A stretch of DNA of 64,000 nt from a virus (lineage: Duplodnaviria; Heunggongvirae; Uroviricota; Caudoviricetes). Shown here piece after piece: positions 10,935 through 20,841 of the stretch. The stretch is taken from IMG/VR virus record IMGVR_UViG_3300031133_000383, positions 346,635-410,634 of that record. One strand, 5' to 3'. Each line of letters opens with the position of its first letter. The first letter of the stretch is position 1. Position numbers and translations under genes: made by a program. Under the pieces are notes generated by a model. The model was given only the letters and a program-made list of their open reading frames with translations. It did not search any database and was not told the DNA's origin.

Positions 10935-11236
10935 AAAAAAAGCCCTGCTTTTCTGAGCAGAGCTTGTGAATAAGGCGAGGTGGAGATGAATTTCCGATTA
11001 AAAACCTCGTAGGTCCCCATAATAAAAAAATCCTTGGCGATTTTTTCATTACTTGGTCATTATAAACCACGTTGTTGAGTTGACCATTCTTCAACGCAGG
11101 GCATCTTTCTATAATACTAGCTAGTTTGCAGAATTAGCCACTCCTTTAAAAACAACTAGACTAGGAATTTTTTTATATAACCAAGAGAGTATCCATGTAA
11201 AAAAATTTCTTAAAAAAATGTAATATCTCTACCAAG
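10935..11236 (-). ncRNA. Putative ~300-nt non-coding transcript
   Basis: TTGACA-17-TATTAT (11271-11243, minus) and terminator near 10935-10964; no convincing ORF. Confidence 0.45.
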
Positions 11237-11347
11237 ACAGTAATAATAACTTTATATGTTCATTTTGTCAACTGTCTTGATGCCCATATTGATCTTTCTA
11301 TTTGGTTTGTCATATGGTATAATGGCGTATATTTCAGGGGTGATATT

Positions 11348-11938
11348 ATGGCTGCTTTTATATTTACAGAACACCATGAAAACCATTCATTAGGCCGTTT
11401 GATACATTGTCATGGATTGTATGAGCACACTCATACAGTGAGTCGTTTTAAATCGATTTCCACTGACCTTATTGCTGGCAATACTATTTCTATTATGGGC
11501 GACCCATCTTGTTTAAAGATATCTCATTTTTCAACTGTTGTTTGCAAAGTCGATGATAGGCCAATAGGTTTGCTTATTTTTGAAAATTATTCAGTTGATT
11601 CTTCAGTTAAAACCTCTTTTATAGTGAATAAAAAGAAACGTTGTCATACCATGTTGGGTTTTATAGGCACTTACGTTGTTCCTGAATTTAGGAATCAAGG
11701 GATTGCCAGACAAATGATGGATGTTTTTAATCACCATATTGAATCAAAGTTTAAAACAAATGAACGCCATGTCTATATGCTCTGTGCCATGGGTAAGTCT
11801 TTTGATATAGCTGAAAGTGCTTGTGAACGTTTTCTAACTGTATCCAGTCCCTATAATTTAAATTTTTGGAAACAAAAAGCTCGTAATTTTTTTATCTACA
11901 ATGCTATTTCTCTGGCAGAAAATGCACTTATGACCTGA
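11348..11938 (+). CDS. GNAT acetyltransferase
   Basis: YVVPEFRNQGIARQMM acetyl-CoA motif A. Confidence 0.8.
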   Translation: MAAFIFTEHHENHSLGRLIHCHGLYEHTHTVSRFKSISTDLIAGNTISIMGDPSCLKISHFSTVVCKVDDRPIGLLIFENYSVDSSVKTSFIVNKKKRCHTMLGFIGTYVVPEFRNQGIARQMMDVFNHHIESKFKTNERHVYMLCAMGKSFDIAESACERFLTVSSPYNLNFWKQKARNFFIYNAISLAENALMT

Positions 11939-11991
11939 TAATATTATAATTTAATGCTGTAATTAATCTATTAAATAATGAGGATTTACTT

Positions 11992-12258
11992 ATGTGGCAG
12001 ACAGTATTTCGTAAACTAAACTATATTTTTATTTGGACTTGGTATAACGATTGGTTTCGTTTATTTGTTATTATGACACCCACTTACATGGTATTTTTGA
12101 TTCCTTTTTGTTTATGGATTGGCGTGCCTAATGAATACATGAAGAATGTATTATTTTCTGTCTATCTTATTGGTCTTGGATTGGCTTTTGTTTATAATGA
12201 TTATTCTAATCTGCGTAAAATTGGCATGGATGAAAATAGAAATACATTGAAAACATAA
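11992..12258 (+). CDS. Small membrane protein
   Basis: GAGGA RBS; two hydrophobic helices. Confidence 0.75.
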   Translation: MWQTVFRKLNYIFIWTWYNDWFRLFVIMTPTYMVFLIPFCLWIGVPNEYMKNVLFSVYLIGLGLAFVYNDYSNLRKIGMDENRNTLKT

Positions 12259-12278
12259 TTATAGTTTGAATTTGTTAT

Positions 12279-12306
12279 AAAAAAAGCTCCCGAAGGAGCT
12301 TTTTTA
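12279..12306. terminator. Bidirectional intrinsic terminator
   Basis: AAAAAAAGCTCC-CGAA-GGAGCTTTTTT. Confidence 0.85.
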
Positions 12307-12603
12307 TTCTTTGAAGTTGTGTATTTCAGCAATCAGTTTACAGTCATTTTCCATTGCTTCCATCTGCTCTCGAATAGTATCAATCTTGGCGAGATCTTTA
12401 TCTCGTACTTTTCCAATCCACATATCAAAACTGTTGCGATATGATTTTTTAAGTGTGTCGTAACCACTCACTAATTCAGCAAGTTTATATTCATTTTTAT
12501 AGAGATAAAGCCTACCTGATGCTAGTTGCACGATATATCCATCTTTTTCATAAACCTGCTCTCCATAAAGAGTACATTTGTTTGGAGCGGCTGTATATCC
12601 CAT
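12304..12603 (-). CDS. Hypothetical protein
   Basis: GAGGA RBS. Confidence 0.75.
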   Translation of the reverse strand: MGYTAAPNKCTLYGEQVYEKDGYIVQLASGRLYLYKNEYKLAELVSGYDTLKKSYRNSFDMWIGKVRDKDLAKIDTIREQMEAMENDCKLIAEIHNFKE

Positions 12604-12664
12604 AATTCTATCCTCTTTTGTTAAACTATTTTATCAAAAAACCGTTTAGATATCAATCGTTATT

Positions 12665-13654
12665 TTAAATTTTGTATCCATATAACTTTTTTCTCTCATT
12701 CCTTTGTACATCTTTAACCATTACGTTAAATAATTTTGCTGTATAATATGCATCATTTCCTGCATTGTGTAAGTTTTTTGCAATTATCATATGGTTTTCC
12801 AACAATGTCTTAAGTTTAAGCGAATCATGTTCACCTTCTTTTTTTAAATGATGACGATGTACAATTTGTGTATCAAATACCTTATGTTGACTGTAATCAA
12901 TCTTATTTCTTTCAAGAAAAGCCAATTCTGTTGAATGTTCATGCACAATTATAGCCGCTGTCTTTAATAGTGCAATTTCTATACAATTTTTAAGTTCATC
13001 ACTGGTAACTGTTTGTGAAATTCCAAAGTTGAAAGACTGCTGTAGTTTTGTTTTATTTTCGGATATTTTATCTATATGTTCTTGTACAATATAATGGTAT
13101 GATTCCATTTTTCCGTCTTTGAAAAAAGTCAATCCAGCTTCTCTTATATGCTTAATATTGAATTTATCTATCACGCCTGAATAATATTCAAAATCAATTG
13201 CTACTGCATAAGTGTTACTTAAATCAAAATTTTTAACTTCTCCATAGGTTTTAGTACGTTCCAACATTTCTACTTTATCCAATTCTTTCTGAGCCTTATA
13301 GGCTTTAAAAGCAGGCGTTTCTCTAGCAGTAAGTAAAGCCAATTTTAAATCTTCTATTGTATTGACAGGATATGCAACTATATCCGCTTCGCCAGTACGT
13401 GCTGCTTTCAAAAAATCATCTGTGATTTTAAAGTTCTTGTTTTTCATATACCAACATAGTTTTATCTTATCCAACTGATCATCAGAAAAAACCTTAGATA
13501 GTTTTTTATTACTTTGTATATAGATTTCTTTGAATTCAAAATGATTAAATAAATATTCCAAACCTGATATATGTGATAGTAACTTTCTGTTTTCTCTTTC
13601 TTCCAGTTGTTGCATCAACTTATTTTTTATTATATTAATATCATAATAATTCAT
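12665..13654 (-). CDS. DEDDh-like 3'-5' exonuclease domain protein
   Basis: AIDFEY (Exo I), VFDTQ, LHNAGNDA (Exo III). Confidence 0.75.
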   Translation of the reverse strand: MNYYDINIIKNKLMQQLEERENRKLLSHISGLEYLFNHFEFKEIYIQSNKKLSKVFSDDQLDKIKLCWYMKNKNFKITDDFLKAARTGEADIVAYPVNTIEDLKLALLTARETPAFKAYKAQKELDKVEMLERTKTYGEVKNFDLSNTYAVAIDFEYYSGVIDKFNIKHIREAGLTFFKDGKMESYHYIVQEHIDKISENKTKLQQSFNFGISQTVTSDELKNCIEIALLKTAAIIVHEHSTELAFLERNKIDYSQHKVFDTQIVHRHHLKKEGEHDSLKLKTLLENHMIIAKNLHNAGNDAYYTAKLFNVMVKDVQRNERKKLYGYKI

Positions 13655-13824
13655 ATTTTATATCCATGATACTTTCTTAAATTATATCATATTATTTTTA
13701 TATTCAAAGAAATGAACAGTTTATTTATGGCTTCCTTTTTTCTAGGTGGTGCTCCATATAATTGTTGCTTTCTGAATCTGGATTTGATATGATAGCCTTA
13801 CATTAATCAAACAGAGAAATAATC

Positions 13825-14199
13825 ATGAAAATTGAACATGAAGTGATCAGTGCCGTTGTCAGTCATTTTCTTAAAAATCAACCTATTTCCGTCTTGTCTA
13901 ATATGCTTTTTCATAAAGCTAAACAAATCAAGGATCGGCATGAAATTGTCAAGCATAGTGCCACCATGATTGTAAAGGATGACGAATGCAACATTCGAAT
14001 TCATCGAAATGATGTGTGTCCTCGTGTTTTGCAAGATGTTGAAAAAGCAGAAAATTTGACAACCCAACTGGAAATCACCATTGAAGGTGAGATCGTTAAC
14101 GTTATGATTGATTATGAACCCAACACGATGTGGTTTAATATCAAGTCGAAAAAATTTGATGAAGTCTTTGAAAAAGCCAAAGAAATGGCTAAGGAGTGA
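13825..14199 (+). CDS. Hypothetical protein
   Basis: ORF track; own promoter. Confidence 0.75.
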   Translation: MKIEHEVISAVVSHFLKNQPISVLSNMLFHKAKQIKDRHEIVKHSATMIVKDDECNIRIHRNDVCPRVLQDVEKAENLTTQLEITIEGEIVNVMIDYEPNTMWFNIKSKKFDEVFEKAKEMAKE

Positions 14200-14202
14200 C
14201 CT

Positions 14203-14625
14203 ATGGAATTTCGTAAGTTTGTTGAAAAAGCTTTAGGAGAAGTTAGTTTAGATAGTAATCTTCAGAGTTTATACGGCTATATTTCAGCACAAGATATTGA
14301 TGCTATGAGTGATGCCGAACTCGAAAATGTATTTTTTGAAAAAAATTGGGTATCTGGTGGTATAAATGGGAACAGTTGTTATGGTCGAAGTCCTAGATCT
14401 GTTGAACCGTCATCACCTGAAGATATTACGCCTGATTTGGCCAAAGTTTTAATAGCAGTTGAAAAAAGTGATATCAACTTTTTGACTTATATGTCAAAAA
14501 TACAACCATTGATTAAATCTATTGATTTTTCTATGGGTGAGGATTATTACGGCAATTACTACAATTACTCTCGTTTGTATGTAAACTTGAAAGAATTGTA
14601 TGATGCTCTCTATTCTGCTGCCTAA
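14203..14625 (+). CDS. Hypothetical phage protein (W.SGG..GNSCY / DYYGN motifs)
   Basis: AAGGAG RBS. Confidence 0.8.
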   Translation: MEFRKFVEKALGEVSLDSNLQSLYGYISAQDIDAMSDAELENVFFEKNWVSGGINGNSCYGRSPRSVEPSSPEDITPDLAKVLIAVEKSDINFLTYMSKIQPLIKSIDFSMGEDYYGNYYNYSRLYVNLKELYDALYSAA

Positions 14626-14832
14626 TTATTATATTCTTTTATGATGTTGCTATGCAATTTAAAGAGTTTGTTAAAGAAGTAACAATTGTTATGATTATAT
14701 GAATAAACGTATCGAGGCAGCAGCCCCGAACGATTTAACACAATTAGCAATACAATAAACCTCACTTGTGTGAGGTTTTTTTATTGCAGAAATAGAAAAA
14801 ATAAGCTATATTGATAATCTCAGGAGAAAAAA

Positions 14833-15066
14833 ATGAACAAAGGCTATTCGACCGAAATGATCTCAACCAATTTTTCAATTGGCTGGTTATATGTGGGCAA
14901 TATCCGAAGGTATCTCAATGACATTATTGAAAATCAGGGATGGCCTGTAAAGTATGAAGAAAAAGTACGATTTTTATCAAATGAATTTACACTGTATGGT
15001 AATCAACGTGACCTTGTTTATATTCAAAGCAAAATTCAACATTACTTAAATAATCTTGAATTCTAA
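14833..15066 (+). CDS. Hypothetical protein
   Basis: AGGAG RBS. Confidence 0.75.
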   Translation: MNKGYSTEMISTNFSIGWLYVGNIRRYLNDIIENQGWPVKYEEKVRFLSNEFTLYGNQRDLVYIQSKIQHYLNNLEF

Positions 15067-15525
15067 CAATGGCTGAGTGGCTTTCAAATATAATGGATGC
15101 TTGGGCATACCTTGTTTAGTTGTTCCCAAACACCACATTTCGACATTCAACTTAGTCAACAAGTCATAGACTTCTTGCACTCTTTCTATTTTCGCATTGC
15201 CTCCCCATGCACAAATAATCTTTTTATGTTTTAAAAAAAGATTCATGAGATATTGATTATTGTCTACACCGACCGGATCAGATGCTACCCATAGATCCTT
15301 TGGACTTGGACTTCTGAATGCATACAAATTAACAACCTTTAGCGAATCATGACCAAAATCTTTCGCAAATTGAATGCACCGCCTGATTGTAGGATCATCC
15401 AGTAAAGCATCTGCAGTACTGGGGTTTAACATACAAAAAATGGCTGGATTATTAGCATTCTCTACAAAGTCTCTACCCAGTTCATAACGATATTGTTGAC
15501 AATCACTTATAATCGCTGTTTTCAT
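15046..15525 (-). CDS. DUF1643 family protein
   Basis: YRY.L, MLNPSTAD..DDPTIRRC, VNLYA, AWG, PKHPLY. Confidence 0.9.
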   Translation of the reverse strand: MKTAIISDCQQYRYELGRDFVENANNPAIFCMLNPSTADALLDDPTIRRCIQFAKDFGHDSLKVVNLYAFRSPSPKDLWVASDPVGVDNNQYLMNLFLKHKKIICAWGGNAKIERVQEVYDLLTKLNVEMWCLGTTKQGMPKHPLYLKATQPLLEFKII

Positions 15526-15691
15526 CTAGTTTTCTCCAGTTTGACTCTACTATACAACATCACAATTAAAAGTCAAAAATGCATATGAAGGCTTTATTTT
15601 GTAAATGATATTTTTATATTGATAACAAAAGTATTGTTTTTATAATTTTATTTTGATAGTATTGTTCTTTATATTTTAAGAGGAAAGCAGG

Positions 15692-16162
15692 ATGAGTTTT
15701 CTAAACGCTATAAAAGATGTAGAAGATGAGCTAAACATTGTTTTGCCACAAGACTATATTAATTTTCTTAAAAATGAATACGAAAATTCATTAGACAACG
15801 ATGATGAACATGATGATTTCGAATATAAATCTGATTTTTTGAGCATTGATGAGTTAAAAACAGGACAAAGTGTATTAAAACGATACAATCTTTTCAAAAA
15901 TATGACACCTGATCAATTCAGTTTGGAAGATTATAGAAAACAATTGATTATTTCTGATATTGATGGCTGTTGCATTGTTATTGATACCAGAGAGAATGGC
16001 AATGGTGTTTACTTATTGTTTCCAAATCAACAAGAAGTTAGAGTGGTTATTGTACAAAATGAACAAAATGAAAATGCCGTCAGTATACTGGCTTTAGGCG
16101 GTGAACTTAGAAGAAAATTTGCTAATTTTACTGAATTCTACAATTGGTACATTTTATGCTGA
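15692..16162 (+). CDS. SMI1/KNR4 (SUKH) family protein
   Basis: E.ELNIVLPQDYINFL N-terminus; FANFTEF C-terminus. Confidence 0.75.
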   Translation: MSFLNAIKDVEDELNIVLPQDYINFLKNEYENSLDNDDEHDDFEYKSDFLSIDELKTGQSVLKRYNLFKNMTPDQFSLEDYRKQLIISDIDGCCIVIDTRENGNGVYLLFPNQQEVRVVIVQNEQNENAVSILALGGELRRKFANFTEFYNWYILC

Positions 16163-16183
16163 TAGTCTCATAATATATATTCT

Positions 16184-16248
16184 ATTTTTCCACCATCCAT
16201 ATCTTGAATCATCTATTGCCTGCCGTGCAGCATAAAGATTATATTGGT
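16184..16248 (+). repeat. Degenerate copy of the 5' end of the downstream RNA ligase gene
   Basis: Near-identical to 16425-16490 with one base deleted and no ATG. Confidence 0.85.
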
Positions 16249-16418
16249 CCATATTACAAAAGTTGAAAAGTAACATTAATTAATCTTTATAGTTGTTAAT
16301 AAAAAATAAAAACAAAACCTTAAAGGATCGCTTTTAAGGTTTTTTTGTCTTAAAAAGGTTGCTTATTGAGTGTTTTTTTGCTACAATAGCCTCATTGAAA
16401 ACCAACGGAGATACACCA

Positions 16419-17564
16419 ATGTCGATTTTTCCAACCATCCATACCTTGAATGATATGTTGCCTGCTGTGCAGCATAAAGATTACATTGGTGTTAACAAGC
16501 AGTCCAACGGTGCTACCGTTATTTGCTACAACATCAGTAACAGTGAATCTTTTTTGACTGCTCATGAAAAAGAAGCTCGTGGCATCACTTTTGACCGTGA
16601 AGGCAACATTGTGGCTCGCCCATTGCACAAGTTTTTCAACTTGGCAGAACGTGCAGAAGTTCAACCTGCTGTCTTGGATTGGACCAAAATGCACGCTGGT
16701 TTCGACAAAATGGATGGCTCCATGATTACTACTGGTTTCATGGATGGTGAGTTTTTTGCTAAATCCAAAAAATCCTTTGAATCGGATGTGGCGGTTTCGG
16801 CTAAGCGTTTCGTTGAATTGAACCAGAAGTATTACGACTTCACCAAATACTGTGCATTGGCTCACTTGACTCCTATTTTTGAGTTCACTTCGCCAAACCA
16901 TCGTATTGTGTTGCGTTACAATCAAGACAACATGACGTTGTTGCATATCCGTGATAACTTCACTGGTGAATACTTCATGCATGATGAACTGGCAAAACTG
17001 GCGGCTCGCTTTGAAATTCCAGTTAACAAGCCACTGTTTGGTAACGGTTTTGACCTGACTGAGTTGCTGCATTCCCTGAATACTGCCGAAGGCATCGAAG
17101 GCTATGTTATCCAGTTTGAAAATGGTGAAATGGTTAAAGTAAAAACCAAGTGGTATATGAACTTGCACCATGCTGTTACCTTTGTTCGTGAACGTGATAT
17201 TGCTCGTTTGGTACTGGAAGAAAAGATTGACGACTACATTGCATTTGTTAGCTTGAATGCACCAGACGCCGATTTGAGCCATATCCATCGTATCAATGAC
17301 ACTATCAAGGGTGAAGTGGAAGCGATTGATAAAGAAGTTACCGAAATTGCGACTCAGTATGCAGGTTCGGATTTCAAAACGATTGCAATGGCCGTTAAAG
17401 GTCATCCACATTTCACCTTTATCATGAACATGGTGCGTGGCAAGTCAAACGACTATTTGAAGTATTACGAAGCAAATCGCTTGCGAGAAGTATGGTCCTT
17501 GGAACAGATTGATTTGGGCGATTTTGCAGGTGATTTGGAAGAAGCAGAGGAAGAAGCGGGTTAA
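16419..17564 (+). CDS. rnlA: T4 RnlA (Rnl1)-like RNA ligase
   Basis: EARGITFD, LHKFFN, motif I DKMDGS, FEFTSP..RIV, EGYV, KVKT; GGAG RBS. Confidence 0.9.
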   Translation: MSIFPTIHTLNDMLPAVQHKDYIGVNKQSNGATVICYNISNSESFLTAHEKEARGITFDREGNIVARPLHKFFNLAERAEVQPAVLDWTKMHAGFDKMDGSMITTGFMDGEFFAKSKKSFESDVAVSAKRFVELNQKYYDFTKYCALAHLTPIFEFTSPNHRIVLRYNQDNMTLLHIRDNFTGEYFMHDELAKLAARFEIPVNKPLFGNGFDLTELLHSLNTAEGIEGYVIQFENGEMVKVKTKWYMNLHHAVTFVRERDIARLVLEEKIDDYIAFVSLNAPDADLSHIHRINDTIKGEVEAIDKEVTEIATQYAGSDFKTIAMAVKGHPHFTFIMNMVRGKSNDYLKYYEANRLREVWSLEQIDLGDFAGDLEEAEEEAG

Positions 17565-17594
17565 TCCCGCTTTTTTCATTTTTGGAGAAAACCA

Positions 17595-18150
17595 ATGATT
17601 ACGCCTGTAACTGACAAAAAAGTTATCAAGTTGATTAAATCTGGACTTTCACTCACAGGTTCCAACAAAGCAACTAGAATTGATAACTGGGTTTATAATG
17701 CTCCATTATTCAGAAACCTTTCTTTTGATAAACATGGGCCAACACGTCATTTAGCACTATTGATCTTTTGAAAATTTTCGAAAAAACTCGTGATTTCAAT
17801 TTGATTATGCCTGCTATTTAAAGCTGGCTTAACTTTTCTAATTATGCTCTAATACTGTATCTTTTATTGAAAAGAAACCATCATGACTATTAACTACCTG
17901 TCCATTTTTAACAGTCAGACAACCACACTCAATTATACCTGTGCCAAAGACAAGACGACCTCCTTGCTCATGGTGTTCTGAGTCCTTTTGTAGAGCGTGA
18001 ATCCAAATTTATTGTTACTGATGGTGTTTTGTTCACACTCTTTGGGTCGTATCCAAAAGGCAATGTAGGCAAACAGATATCAGATAAGCAACTCTTGCTT
18101 CTGGAAGAAATTTATAGTACAACAACTACAAAGCATCTGGATAATTGCTT
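17595..18150 (+). pseudogene. Fragmented/frameshifted gene remnants
   Basis: RBS+ATG at 17595 and ATG at 17883 with early stops; coding-like sequence continues in other frames. Confidence 0.4.
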
Positions 18151-18152
18151 AC

Positions 18153-18368
18153 TTGTCGAATACATCATTAAATAGGAGTTGTGTAATGTGGCCTTTCTTT
18201 ATTCTTATTATCATCTTGGTAAGTTCTCATATCATGTATGTTAGATACCTTTTTCAATTAATAAATAAATATCACGTCATTCCTAGACTAATACATATCA
18301 TAGTATACAGTGTTATTATAATTTCTGCTATTTTACTAATTGTTCTTGGTTATTCAATGCATTATTGA
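18153..18368 (+). CDS. Small membrane protein (likely start 18186)
   Basis: AGGAG RBS before MWPFF; two TM helices. Confidence 0.65.
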   Translation: MSNTSLNRSCVMWPFFILIIILVSSHIMYVRYLFQLINKYHVIPRLIHIIVYSVIIISAILLIVLGYSMHY

Positions 18369-18481
18369 GAAAAATCCTGATAGTATTTTACGATTTATGA
18401 AAAGTTCAATAAATTTTTGATATTTTCATGAAAATATATTTATTTTTTTAAATATTATGATATAATTATGCCATCACAAAG

Positions 18482-18841
18482 GTGGATATCATGAATATAC
18501 TCAAAGACTTGAAGCGTAAAATCAGACTCTTAAAAGTGTTCCGATTCAATCAAAAAATTCTTTATCTATTGCAAGATCCAGTGGTCGTCAATTCAGCACG
18601 TTTTGAAGATATTTATACGAATGAAAAAAAAGAAACGCACTATATGACCATCTATTATACTGTTAATGGATTTGAAATTTCAAAATTTCAAGTTGATGGC
18701 AGTTTTGCTTCTTACACTGTGTTCAAAGATAACCTTCAACTGTATTCATTTGTTACACGCTTTGGTATTCCACTGAAGAAGGATGTGGACATTGGGTTAG
18801 TTGATTCCATTTTTTCGAAAAAAATGTTGCAATCTTATTAA
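18482..18841 (+). CDS. Hypothetical protein
   Basis: ORF track; TGATATAAT promoter. Confidence 0.75.
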   Translation: MDIMNILKDLKRKIRLLKVFRFNQKILYLLQDPVVVNSARFEDIYTNEKKETHYMTIYYTVNGFEISKFQVDGSFASYTVFKDNLQLYSFVTRFGIPLKKDVDIGLVDSIFSKKMLQSY

Positions 18842-18889
18842 TCACCTATTATAATCAAATTGCATTTTAGCTAGATAGGAGAATATATT

Positions 18890-19027
18890 ATGCACGGTTC
18901 ATTTGGTGATGCCAAAGAAGCTTTTCGTGGTGGTAAAAAACGTGATACTGAACAAGCCAAATTTCATAAGAAAGATAAAGAATGGCGTAAAAAACGGCGT
19001 CAGCGACACGAAGCTATTGGTGACTGA
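18890..19027 (+). CDS. Small basic protein, 45 aa (MHGSFGDAKEAFRGGKKRD...KKRRQRHEAIGD)
   Basis: AGGAG RBS; not in ORF track. Confidence 0.7.
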   Translation: MHGSFGDAKEAFRGGKKRDTEQAKFHKKDKEWRKKRRQRHEAIGD

Positions 19028-19096
19028 TCGATAGAGCATATTATCGTTTAACATTAGCCATCATTTCTAAAATGATGGCTTTTTAATTAAGGTCAT

Positions 19097-19243
19097 TCAA
19101 TTTTTTTCTGGACCACATTTATTGCTGGGATTTTCTTTCAGACATTCCTGATTGTCCTGTGAGGTCGCAAACTCAAAGTTAACACCTGAATGACACGCTG
19201 TAAGTGTAAAGGCAGCAAACAGTACTACAATAAATTTTCTCAT
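19097..19243 (-). CDS. Small lipoprotein, 48 aa
   Basis: MRKFIVVLFAAFTLTA-C lipobox; GAGGA RBS; two further Cys. Confidence 0.75.
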   Translation of the reverse strand: MRKFIVVLFAAFTLTACHSGVNFEFATSQDNQECLKENPSNKCGPEKN

Positions 19244-19394
19244 ATTGATTATCCTCATAGATTTTTAATTATATTATTTTTAAAAATATAGTCAATCTCA
19301 AAATGTTATATTTTTCATTATTTTCTTTATTTTTTGTCCTTTAAATGGTATAATGGCTTATGTTTTAGACAATCTATTTGAATAAAGGATAAAA

Positions 19395-20189
19395 ATGATC
19401 AATAATCTTATGACGGCTCAGCAGGCTTTTAATGTATCCATGAATACGTATCCACTGCTGTATGCTGCTCCAAGTCTTGATGAAGCTAAAATAAAATATT
19501 TTGATCATGTGTTTAATACGATAGGTAATGGTATTAATGAAATACAAACCTTTGTTGCACGTCATCAACTCAATCCTGCAAATAGATCATTTACAAATAG
19601 TTTTCCAGTAAAATATAGTGATGGTTCCTGTTTATTTATGGCTTATACAGAAGTTCGTCAAGTAGCTGATGTAAAGTTTCCTGTGACAAGCAGCATTCTT
19701 CATGAACTATTTACAAAAGAAGAATTGGAGAGTATGCCAGAGGTGGTGGCGAGTGCTCCTTTTCAATCAAAAAGAAATAATCATGTTTTTAGTCCATATC
19801 CTAATTTTTCTAAGTGTTACTCCATGGTCTGGAATATGGATGTTACTTTGTTTCACCATTCATGGGTAGAATCTGCTTTTTGGTATTACACTCAAATGAA
19901 GACTTTTTTTAATAGTGAAACTGTACACTTTTATCATTCTGCTCCGCCTATTGAAGAGAATAAACTGGCACAGCTTATTGCTGATTATGAATCCAATTTC
20001 AGATATTGCAAAGTGGCAGATATGAGCGATGCTGATTACTTTAAGGCAATTTCTGATGCTTATGAATTGGATTATAATGGCGATACTCTAGATTTTATAA
20101 AAAGACGTTGGTCTATTGAATTGTCTCGTATCAATATTTTTATTGATGAAACACTTGATATGCTAGATAAAAAAATCAATAAAAAATAA
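19395..20189 (+). CDS. Hypothetical protein
   Basis: AAGGA RBS, TGGTATAAT promoter. Confidence 0.8.
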   Translation: MINNLMTAQQAFNVSMNTYPLLYAAPSLDEAKIKYFDHVFNTIGNGINEIQTFVARHQLNPANRSFTNSFPVKYSDGSCLFMAYTEVRQVADVKFPVTSSILHELFTKEELESMPEVVASAPFQSKRNNHVFSPYPNFSKCYSMVWNMDVTLFHHSWVESAFWYYTQMKTFFNSETVHFYHSAPPIEENKLAQLIADYESNFRYCKVADMSDADYFKAISDAYELDYNGDTLDFIKRRWSIELSRINIFIDETLDMLDKKINKK

Positions 20190-20228
20190 GTTGACTTTAT
20201 TCAATTTTTTTCATACAATTCTTGGATT

Positions 20229-20312
20229 GCGGAAGTGATGAAATGGTAGACGTGCTGGTCTTAGAAGCCAGTGTCGAGAGACGTGCGGGTTCGAGTCCCG
20301 CTTTCCGCACCA
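20229..20312 (+). tRNA. tRNA-Leu(TAG)
   Basis: Cloverleaf with long variable arm, loop CT-TAG-AA, encoded CCA. Confidence 0.95.
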
Positions 20313-20335
20313 AATTTTAAAGCAAGGACATTACT

Positions 20336-20767
20336 ATGTCTATTACTCATAATTATCAATCTTTGTTGGATTTTGGATTTAGTCACTATTCCGCAACACC
20401 CACTGAAGTCACTCATGTGCTTTCAGACCTCTATCAAGATGGATTCATTAGTTATTATCGATCACTTGATCTTACATTGCCAGAAGATTTATTCCATCAA
20501 CGTCAAAATTTTTTTAGCCATCTTGTGACTGATCATAATGATGAACCTGATTATATTCAACTATTACTTAAAGCTAACATTGATTACAAACATGCCGTTT
20601 GGACAAAAGATCAGACTGCACACGGTGCCATTACTCCTACATTTCGAAAAAACTTATCATGGCGTAATGAGACATATAATTACTTTCCTGACAAACACCC
20701 TTCACTCTACTTTATGATATATAGAGAAATTAGAAATTCTTTTGTTAACTTATTTATTCCTGAATAA
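20336..20767 (+). CDS. Hypothetical protein
   Basis: AAGGA RBS. Confidence 0.75.
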   Translation: MSITHNYQSLLDFGFSHYSATPTEVTHVLSDLYQDGFISYYRSLDLTLPEDLFHQRQNFFSHLVTDHNDEPDYIQLLLKANIDYKHAVWTKDQTAHGAITPTFRKNLSWRNETYNYFPDKHPSLYFMIYREIRNSFVNLFIPE

Positions 20768-20841
20768 TCTGGTCTATTTTATTATTTTCTGTACATTTTC
20801 ATTATTTTTTGATAAAATAAGACAACCTTTTCAGAGATTGC

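Noticed and set aside
16392-17411. 339-aa minus-strand ORF
   Set aside because: Antisense shadow of the RNA ligase caused by codon bias
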